Of a stretch of DNA of 64,000 bases, positions 45,704 through 52,687 are shown piece after piece (positions within the stretch are counted from its first letter, which is position 1; each line of letters begins with the position of its first letter). The DNA lies in the IMG/VR virus record IMGVR_UViG_3300047320_000285, positions 62,001-126,000 of that record. One strand, 5' to 3'. The position numbers and the translations under genes are program-made. The notes beneath the pieces are model-generated. The model worked only from the letters and a program-made list of their open reading frames with translations. It did no database searches and was not told the DNA's origin.

Positions 45704-46331
45704 GTACCGTAGACATACCTACGCGGCAGAACAACGCGGTATGGATACCAGCCTGACCTTCGATCAGTACATGACAAAGGTCAGGGAGGCTGGTATCGAA
45801 AACCCTGACCAGATCGGTAAGAGAGCGGGTCAGTTTCAGCTAGGGAGAGTCGGTGACGTCGGTCGTTATGAAGACGCTAACTGTCGCTTCATCACGGCTC
45901 GTCAGAATCGGCAAGAGTGTTTCCAGAACGGCCGTCATCTTGAAGGAATGAAGCGTCTATCGGAGCTTCGAACCGGTCAGACCAAAGATGTCTCGGAGTG
46001 GGCTAGAAAAATCTCGCAGACTCTTACTGGTAGGACGAAGGAAACCGATCCGGGTTTGGCAGCAATGGCTGAGAAATTGAGAGGCCGTACGGCAAGCACA
46101 GACCCTAGCTTGGCTTCGGCCGCTGATAAAAAATCACGCGATTTCGTCTTGGTCTCCCCTGATGGACAGATTCATGAAGGAAGAAACATAAGCGAATTTT
46201 GTCGAAGTCAAGGACTTTCTCAGGGAAAGATGTCGGATGTCTGTCGCGGAGACAGGCGTCAGCATAAAGGCTGGACCGGCCATTATCTCCCAGACGAGCC
46301 CGACTTCGTCTGTTATTTTCATGACGACTAA
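45687..46331 (+). CDS. free-standing HNH-like homing endonuclease (paralog of 11556..12188)
   Basis: RVGDVGRYEDANCRFITARQN; three 18-aa GRTKET-type repeats; NUMOD1-like HTH; ends EPDFVCYFHDD. Confidence 0.7.
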   Translation: MGWEDKYRRHTYAAEQRGMDTSLTFDQYMTKVREAGIENPDQIGKRAGQFQLGRVGDVGRYEDANCRFITARQNRQECFQNGRHLEGMKRLSELRTGQTKDVSEWARKISQTLTGRTKETDPGLAAMAEKLRGRTASTDPSLASAADKKSRDFVLVSPDGQIHEGRNISEFCRSQGLSQGKMSDVCRGDRRQHKGWTGHYLPDEPDFVCYFHDD

Positions 46332-46343
46332 CGGGAGTTTGCC

Positions 46344-46652
46344 ATGGGGTGGCGAAGAGGCCGCAAGATTTACGAGAGCCGTCCTGGGATGTTTATGTTT
46401 GACTGTCCCGGCTGTAAGTACGGGCATGCGTTCTACACCAAGGATGGTCCGGTAGTGAATGGCAAAGAACAGAACTGGACCTATAACGACGATGGGGATA
46501 AACCCACGATTTCGCCGAGTCTGGATGTGTGTCGCGATGACCCAGCCCATCACTGCCATTCGTTTATCCGTGATGGTATGATCCAGTTTTTAGGTGACTG
46601 CTTCCATTCTCTGAAGAATACGACGGTCGAGATCCCGGATTGGGATGACTGA
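46344..46652 (+). CDS. DUF6527-like Cys/His metal-binding protein
   Basis: F.CPGC..GH...W.YN.D.DKPT.SPSL....CHSFIRDG.IQFL.DC.H.L. Confidence 0.7.
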   Translation: MGWRRGRKIYESRPGMFMFDCPGCKYGHAFYTKDGPVVNGKEQNWTYNDDGDKPTISPSLDVCRDDPAHHCHSFIRDGMIQFLGDCFHSLKNTTVEIPDWDD

Positions 46653-46682
46653 CTGAACCACAACCTCTCTTCCTTTTCCGCT

Positions 46683-47438
46683 ATGACCTCTCTTTCGAAA
46701 CCGACCAATGTGTCGATTCCTCTGGACGGCAGTTGGCTCAACGTGGGCGAAGGCCCGTTGCGGCTGACGCTGGTGTCTTTCAACAACTCGATCCTCGTGG
46801 CGGCTAACGCCGTCGCCCCCGACAACACCTTCACGGGTGATGTCTTCGTGGCTAACCCGGGCAGTAACCATATCGACTTTGACGACGTCACGGTCTGGGT
46901 GAAGGCCAAGGGTACGCCCGATCAAACCAAGCCCATCAGCGTGCTCCTGCAGCCTCTGGTGGATGCACCGGTCAGCACCTCGCCCGAGACCCGTCAACCG
47001 ACGGCGACGCCGGCCGCGGTCGCCAAGACGTACTCGGCGGGTCAGTCGATCGGTGGCGCGTTTGCGATTCCGGGCGCGATTGGTAACGCGGCGGGCTTGC
47101 TGCGCTCGATCCTGATCAAATCGATGACCGTCCTCACGGGCGAACTCGATCTGTATCTGTTCTCGCAAAAGCCGAGCACGGGCTTTGCGGACGCCGCCGC
47201 ACTGGGTACGTTGGTGCCGGGCGATCTGGCGTTGCTGCTCGGGCTGTTCAAGCTGAGCGCAGTCGATTCGTCCTTGGGCGTGTCAGTGTATCAGCTCAAC
47301 GACATCAACCAGATGGTGGTGGCCGTGGGTGGCACGGTGTACGGGGTACTGGTGCCCAAGGGTGCCGTCGCGCTCGAGAACCCGACCGACATCACCGTGT
47401 CGCTGGGCATCCAGCAAGGCAGTGGTGGATACATGTAA
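46683..47438 (+). CDS. hypothetical beta-rich protein (possible virion component)
   Basis: 251 aa, Ala/Gly/Thr/Val-rich. Confidence 0.7.
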   Translation: MTSLSKPTNVSIPLDGSWLNVGEGPLRLTLVSFNNSILVAANAVAPDNTFTGDVFVANPGSNHIDFDDVTVWVKAKGTPDQTKPISVLLQPLVDAPVSTSPETRQPTATPAAVAKTYSAGQSIGGAFAIPGAIGNAAGLLRSILIKSMTVLTGELDLYLFSQKPSTGFADAAALGTLVPGDLALLLGLFKLSAVDSSLGVSVYQLNDINQMVVAVGGTVYGVLVPKGAVALENPTDITVSLGIQQGSGGYM

Positions 47439-47466
47439 AAATTTACGTCATCTCCGGATGATGTAG

Positions 47467-47903
47467 ACGCGCACCATGCCTCGTGCATAGGCGGTGACTT
47501 TCGCTCCCAAAGGCGAAGCACAGACCCAGTCATCGCTCATCGAGGTACCAGCATTGCTTCCGAAAGGGTGAAGGGTTTCGATAGCCCGAGCTGGTAGAAT
47601 GTGTTACCGGCCACGAGCCGCTACTCGTCGCTGGCTGCCTGACTAACCGCAAGGAGGTCGGACAGAACTCGTTCGTGTGGCCAATCCCACAACGAGTGAC
47701 TCGCAACACACACCTAAACCCCCGTCGCCAATCACGCGAGTCGGTCGGGCACGGTGAACAGAGTCAACCACTAACGTGTGTAAGGGGAGCCTCATCAACT
47801 CCGAGTAGGGCGTGGCGAAAGGCCTCGCCTGTTCAACCGAGCACATCAGGGCGAAAGTCGAGCGTTAGTGAATCGGTGGTACGCGCTTGCCCGCAAGGGG
47901 GTA
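47467..47903 (+). ncRNA. putative large structured ncRNA 2 (~440 nt), unknown class
   Basis: Nested helices (GCGGTGACT/AGTCATCGC, TACCAGC/GCTGGTA, ACTCGTT/AACGAGT, GACTCGC/GCGAGTC, CACTAACG/CGTTAGTG), GNRA tetraloops, end pairing, downstream terminator. Confidence 0.72.
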
Positions 47904-47906
47904 TTC

Positions 47907-47936
47907 GACCCGGCCCCCAAGGCTGGGTCTTATGCC
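47907..47936 (+). terminator. hairpin + TATGCC terminator-like element
   Basis: GACCCGGCC-CCCAA-GGCTGGGTC TTATGCC. Confidence 0.8.
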
Positions 47937-47958
47937 GTGTTCCAAAAGTTTTGAACAA

Positions 47959-47966
47959 TATATTAC
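47959..47966 (+). promoter_or_regulatory. early promoter motif TATATTAC
   Basis: Exact motif directly after a terminator. Confidence 0.7.
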
Positions 47967-47984
47967 CCCCGTGAGCAGACAACC

Positions 47985-48317
47985 ATGAACTGCTCTAACA
48001 CTACCATTATACCGGAGATTAGATCGATGAGTAATCAGCTTGCCGCGATTATGGCTAACTTCAAAGCGCTCCACGATCAAGTGGAGGCGGACGATAAAGC
48101 CAGCCGGCCAGTAGACGGGATGTACTGGATCGAGCGGGCAGGTAAGCGCACCAACTGCTGCTCGAACGACTATGTCCATGCGCACGGTCATGGCGGGCCG
48201 TGTAACTGCGGCTATCGCGATGCCGACTTCCGGGCGATTAGCGAAGTGATGGGACCCGAAGTGGCCTATCAAGCCTACCTCAATAACCTTGCCAAGAATG
48301 GAGTGAAGCATGCCTGA
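47985..48317 (+). CDS. Cys/His-rich hypothetical protein (start may be 48027)
   Basis: ORF after an early promoter; GGAG RBS before the second Met. Confidence 0.65.
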   Translation: MNCSNTTIIPEIRSMSNQLAAIMANFKALHDQVEADDKASRPVDGMYWIERAGKRTNCCSNDYVHAHGHGGPCNCGYRDADFRAISEVMGPEVAYQAYLNNLAKNGVKHA

Positions 48318-48624
48318 AATCGTCAGCGCATTTGACCTGTCCCAAGATGCGGACATGGCCAAGCAATACTGCAAGCGGCGTGAAGCCGATATGCATAAGC
48401 TCATGGAGACCATCTCCAGTTGGGAGGTGCGTCGTAGCGGCAAAGTGCTGCGCACGGTCTACCAAGGGCATTCGATCCTGCACGAGTTGGTCCCCGGCGC
48501 GTTGTTGGGCGGGGGTCGACCCTTGTGGGGAGAACTCTTGACGAACGGTGACTCGGAAGAGAGCCCGATTCGTTTCGAGACCTTCGAGAACTTTGCGGCG
48601 TATCTACTCGCCCGGTTCTGGTAG
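48310..48624 (+). CDS. hypothetical protein
   Basis: GGAG RBS. Confidence 0.7.
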   Translation: MPEIVSAFDLSQDADMAKQYCKRREADMHKLMETISSWEVRRSGKVLRTVYQGHSILHELVPGALLGGGRPLWGELLTNGDSEESPIRFETFENFAAYLLARFW

Positions 48625-48745
48625 TAGGAAAAATACGGTGCGGCTCCATCTGGTGCTGTACCGTATCAGTTGTCTTTAGTAGCAATAACACTATGCCTCG
48701 TACCAGCGCGGCTGTCACATTTACTTAAACAAGGAAGAAACAGCA

Positions 48746-49201
48746 ATGGCTTCGAAACGTGCACAAGCGTACATGAACGAGTTCCATGCCCGCAAACTCG
48801 GCAAAGGTCAGGCCAAGATCCTGAACTACTACGAGTACGAGAATCTCGAATACATCGAGACGAATTTTCGCGGTCAACTGAAGGTCCAGCTCTACCGTGA
48901 CGGCATGGAAGAGTTCAGCTACTGGCTTAACCAGAAGGAACGTCAGCCGCTGATTATCGGTATGCTCAAGGCTGGGCTTAAGCAAGCCATGATCGCCAAG
49001 ATCCTCAAGCTCTCGGGCAGCACGATCAACAAGGACGTGCGTTGGTTGCGTCTGAACACCGACAAGCTCGACAGCGTCACCACGCTGCGTGCGCTGCGCC
49101 CGGCCCGTTACGCGGATGCAGACGACGTGTTCCTCAAGCGTGTCGCGCGTGAACAGAATCGCGTCACCGGCATGCCGGCGGCCGTGATCGTGTTGCACTG
49201 A
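48746..49201 (+). CDS. HTH-containing protein
   Basis: AAGGA RBS; GLKQAMIAKILKLSGSTINKDV. Confidence 0.75.
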   Translation: MASKRAQAYMNEFHARKLGKGQAKILNYYEYENLEYIETNFRGQLKVQLYRDGMEEFSYWLNQKERQPLIIGMLKAGLKQAMIAKILKLSGSTINKDVRWLRLNTDKLDSVTTLRALRPARYADADDVFLKRVAREQNRVTGMPAAVIVLH

Positions 49202-49208
49202 GGTGGTG

Positions 49209-49361
49209 ATGGATAAGATCATCATCGAAGGCAACGGCAAGCGCATCGTGTGCGAAGTGATTGAATCGTTCGAAATTCCGGACGGTCCGACATGGCTGAG
49301 TGAACCGCGTGCGGAGATCATTATCGACCGCGAGGCCGCCGAGCGTCGTCTGGTGGATTAA
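49209..49361 (+). CDS. small hypothetical protein (50 aa, below ORF-track cutoff)
   Basis: GAGGTG RBS; MDKIIIEGNGKRIVCEV... Confidence 0.6.
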   Translation: MDKIIIEGNGKRIVCEVIESFEIPDGPTWLSEPRAEIIIDREAAERRLVD

Positions 49362-49375
49362 GACTGCGCCTTTTC

Positions 49376-49477
49376 CTGCTGCTCCTCACGGGGCAGCAGC
49401 TGAGGGTGTGTCGGGCGATACACCCATGACTGAGTTCCACTCACCCCTCCACCTAACGGAGCGCCGGGTGCAACTCA
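49376..49477 (+). promoter_or_regulatory. three tandem hairpins (terminator or structured leader)
   Basis: CTGCTGCTCC/GGGGCAGCAG, GGGTGTGTC/GATACACCC, TGAGTT..CACCC..CTCC/GGAG..GGGTG..AACTCA. Confidence 0.55.
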
Positions 49478-49494
49478 ACCCCCAGAGGGACATC

Positions 49495-50301
49495 ATGGTA
49501 ACACCGCAACAAGAGTTTGACAACGCCAAGAAATCTGCTCAGTCCGTTCATCCGGGCGCAGCGGATCATTTCGTAACGTTTGAGACGGCAGCAGGTATCT
49601 TCACGTTCTTCACCCAAGCGCATTATCAGTGGTTTGAAGAACTCCCCACGGGCTATCTCTCACCCGTCGATCAGAAGACGGGGCTGGCTAAACGGCTCCT
49701 CTTCCATACGGCGGGTGGTCGGCGTGGGACCGGGGTCGACCTGACGGTGGTGGTGCGTCAGGTGTTGAACTGGCTGGAGGAACAGTTTAAGGAACCGAGC
49801 TTCATTGAGGCCTTCGGTGAATTGAACTGGATGTCGGAGCCGACCGGAGGTCGTGAACCGCAGGAGAAACTCCTGACGGAATTCCTGACCTTTGGTGCTG
49901 CACGTCGTCGCGCACCCGGCGCACCGATCGGTAACATGATCGGCAGTCTGGCGGGTACCAGCGATGCTCAGGGTAAGGTGATCGGTGAAGCGATCAATCC
50001 GATCCACTTCCGCTGTGCTAATGGCGTGACGTTCGAAACGTCATCCGCCGAACTGAGGTTTGGATTTGGGCACTACACGGGCACGGTGGAGCTGCTGGGT
50101 CAGACGCAATTCTTTACGATCAAGTCCCCGATCGTCAAGTTGAGCGAAGTCATGCATCCGTTGGATGTGGTACGCGAAGTGACGTATCGACTGGGACGGG
50201 CGTACCCCTTCCTGAAGAAGGATCTGGTCTCCACCACGTGGAAGTTTGACAACGGTGCCATCGTGTTGGGCACTGAAGAGCACCTGAAACAACCGCAGTA
50301 A
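49495..50301 (+). CDS. hypothetical protein (paralog pair member 1)
   Basis: GAGGGA RBS before ATG 49495. Confidence 0.75.
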   Translation: MVTPQQEFDNAKKSAQSVHPGAADHFVTFETAAGIFTFFTQAHYQWFEELPTGYLSPVDQKTGLAKRLLFHTAGGRRGTGVDLTVVVRQVLNWLEEQFKEPSFIEAFGELNWMSEPTGGREPQEKLLTEFLTFGAARRRAPGAPIGNMIGSLAGTSDAQGKVIGEAINPIHFRCANGVTFETSSAELRFGFGHYTGTVELLGQTQFFTIKSPIVKLSEVMHPLDVVREVTYRLGRAYPFLKKDLVSTTWKFDNGAIVLGTEEHLKQPQ

Positions 50302-50365
50302 AGTAACACCCCTGCCCGAGGCGCCCAGCCTCGGGTTTTATACCGTGTACAACTGGAGAGAATAA

Positions 50366-51070
50366 ATGTTCAAGGATTCCGCTGTCATCAAGAGCGTCAA
50401 GGGCCGCCACAGCTTCGCCTGCTTCGATTTGCAATTCGTCGACCCGACCTCGGGCCAGTTCACCGACATCCCGGGCGGGGTGCTGCACATGGTCCAACGT
50501 GGTTCGGGCGTGCGCTCGGCGCTGTACTATCGGCTGGAAAACGTCACGTTCGATCACACGAAGCATGACGACAGCGTGGTGCGCGACATTCTGGTGAGCT
50601 TCCTCAAGGAGCTGTACAGCGCCGACGGCGTGCTGGGTGACTTCTTGCCGCTTTGCGGGCCGCACGATAAGGCGCTGATCAATCCCACGCCGGACGCTGA
50701 AGAGAAGGTGTTCTGGTCGCTCAGCCAGTATCTGTGGAACCACGTGACCTCGGAGCGCCACCGGACCTCGGTCTCGCTCACCGTCGACGAGTATAGCGGC
50801 ACGCGACTGACGTGCTCGTTCGGCAATGGCCTCGCATTCGTCATGTCTAAGAACAAGCGCGATCTGTATCGACGGCCTGATCGTCTGACGGGCAAGGTGC
50901 GCTTCTGTGGCGACACGTACCACTTCACGTTCTTCCACAGCGAACTCTCGGGTGAAAACCTCGAAAGCATGGTCAAGCCCGACCAGTGCGTGCAGCTGAT
51001 GATGGGTCACCTCGACCAGTATGCGCCGCTCTTGCGTGGACTGGAAATGGAACTGAAGTTCGCCGACTAA
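50366..51070 (+). CDS. hypothetical protein (paralog pair member 2)
   Basis: GGAG RBS; C-terminal half aligns with 49495..50301. Confidence 0.75.
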   Translation: MFKDSAVIKSVKGRHSFACFDLQFVDPTSGQFTDIPGGVLHMVQRGSGVRSALYYRLENVTFDHTKHDDSVVRDILVSFLKELYSADGVLGDFLPLCGPHDKALINPTPDAEEKVFWSLSQYLWNHVTSERHRTSVSLTVDEYSGTRLTCSFGNGLAFVMSKNKRDLYRRPDRLTGKVRFCGDTYHFTFFHSELSGENLESMVKPDQCVQLMMGHLDQYAPLLRGLEMELKFAD

Positions 51071-51080
51071 GGGGCGCGAC

Positions 51081-51425
51081 ATGACGATCGAATCGGTGCC
51101 GCTCTTTTGCGACGAAACTAACAACCCGGACATCGTGTTGGGTCTGCTCTTGCAACAGCTGATCAAGAGCAGTGACGTCGACGCTCAGACGTTGCGTACA
51201 CGGGTGTTGATGTCGATCAGTGCGCGGGTGGATTGCGAACACGAACTGCAGGAAATGCTCTGCAACCACCTCGATGATCCGGAGAAGTTCCCGGTGGTGC
51301 CGATGCGTGCGTTCGTACTGGCGCTGAAGTTGTTGGGGATGGATCAGGTGACGTTTGTGGTGGGTGCAGGTAAGAACGACCTTCCGGAATTGTCGCCGGC
51401 TCGTATCGATCTGGCGCTCGAGTAA
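51081..51425 (+). CDS. hypothetical protein
   Basis: AAGGGG RBS. Confidence 0.7.
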   Translation: MTIESVPLFCDETNNPDIVLGLLLQQLIKSSDVDAQTLRTRVLMSISARVDCEHELQEMLCNHLDDPEKFPVVPMRAFVLALKLLGMDQVTFVVGAGKNDLPELSPARIDLALE

Positions 51426-51506
51426 CAACGCCTGCTGCTGGGTCTTCACATCGAAGACCCAGTGGTAGACGCTGTTCTTTTTAGATTTCCCTATACTGAG
51501 GTAACT

Positions 51507-52097
51507 ATGACTATAAAAGATTCGAAGAACCACTTCGACAAGCTTAATCCGACACTGGTAAGTTTGTTGAGCAGTATCTGGTCAGTTGATAAGGCCCAAG
51601 AGGTCATTCTAAACGATCTGTTCAACGCGGCTCGTAAAGAAGCGGAGACCGATCGAGAGGTCTATCGGCAACTGACGTTGCTGCTGGAGTTCCGGCAGAT
51701 TAAGCTCAACGACATCACGGGACAAGTGGCGCGTGAATACCAGCGTAACTTCCAGCTGATCAAAAGCGTGACGTTTGGTAGCCGTACATCGCTGTCGACC
51801 CCGCGGCCGGTGGTGGCGACTTCCATGTCAGCGGAACTGGAAGAACAGCTTGACCGCCCGATCACTGAGACACTGGTGGTGAGTAAACGCCTGATGAACC
51901 GGATAAAGGAAGAGCAACTCGCTACGCTGCGTGAGTTGCTCTGGTGTAGCGAGCACGATCTGATGAAAGTGCCGAATCTGGGTCGGCTTTCGCTCAAAGA
52001 ACTCAAACAAGCTTTGTTGCGTAAGGGTCTGACCGTCGGCATGCTGGTCAGCCAGCGTCCGGCACGCAAATCGGTTAAGTGGGAAGGGGAGTCGTAG
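51507..52097 (+). CDS. protein with C-terminal RNA polymerase alpha-CTD-like domain
   Basis: LDRPI.E....S.R..N.IK.E.L.TL.EL...SE.DLMKVPNLGR.SL.ELK..L...GL..GM. Confidence 0.8.
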   Translation: MTIKDSKNHFDKLNPTLVSLLSSIWSVDKAQEVILNDLFNAARKEAETDREVYRQLTLLLEFRQIKLNDITGQVAREYQRNFQLIKSVTFGSRTSLSTPRPVVATSMSAELEEQLDRPITETLVVSKRLMNRIKEEQLATLRELLWCSEHDLMKVPNLGRLSLKELKQALLRKGLTVGMLVSQRPARKSVKWEGES

Positions 52098-52135
52098 CTC
52101 CATCTTGTGGGTTCTAACACAAGAGGAGAGTTCCC

Positions 52136-52492
52136 ATGCTAACGCATCTGTTGTTGATTGTCGTGCTGTGCTGCATCGTCTTGCAGTTCACCGACGCGCT
52201 CATGCAGTACGCTGTCTTCAAGAACAGCATCGAGACGGCCAGCGGGCTGATGCAGTGGGCCGTCGAGAAGTTCGGCTTGGCGCCGGCGATCATCACGACC
52301 AAGGTGGTGATCATTGCGGTGTTTATTGCACTGTACTGCTTTACCACCATTCCGTGGTACATCTACCTACTCGGCATCGGCTATTACTTATATCGATCCG
52401 GACGGGGTTTAGTATTATGGCGCTCGATTGTGGCCCAGTTGAAGAAACAAGATCAACCTGCTCAGCCGCCCCCACCGGCCCAATCGCCATGA
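52136..52492 (+). CDS. membrane protein (DUF5658-like)
   Basis: GAGGAG RBS; LQFTD.L..Y.......E...LMQW...KFG; three TM segments. Confidence 0.65.
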   Translation: MLTHLLLIVVLCCIVLQFTDALMQYAVFKNSIETASGLMQWAVEKFGLAPAIITTKVVIIAVFIALYCFTTIPWYIYLLGIGYYLYRSGRGLVLWRSIVAQLKKQDQPAQPPPPAQSP

Positions 52493-52590
52493 AGAAGGTC
52501 TTCGCGGCTATCGGGCATGCACTGGGGTACCTGCTGCGTACGCGCTTGATGCCGATGGATGATCCCTTCAAGCTCATGCGCTGATGTCTC

Positions 52591-52620
52591 GGCCAGCCTC
52601 ACGGGGCTGGCCTTTATGCC
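52591..52620 (+). terminator. hairpin + TATGCC terminator-like element
   Basis: GGCCAGCCTC-ACG-GGGCTGGCC TTTATGCC. Confidence 0.8.
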
Positions 52621-52687
52621 GTTGATTCAATAATTACCGCGCTGCCTTAGGGTATGCGGAGTACACTTTCTTCACACGAGGTAACAC

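Noticed and set aside
47890-47920. tRNA/tmRNA-like TTCGA (GGGGGTATTCGACCC)
   Set aside because: No acceptor stem, CCA end or cloverleaf; it overlaps the terminator hairpin.
47643-47974. ORFs 47675..47974 (+) and 47643..47846 (-)
   Set aside because: No RBS; the + ORF runs through a terminator and a promoter motif; the region is better explained as ncRNA.
48693-48707. ATGCCTCGT/TACCAGC matches to the 5' part of ncRNA 2
   Set aside because: Matches of 7-9 nt are expected by chance in 64 kb.
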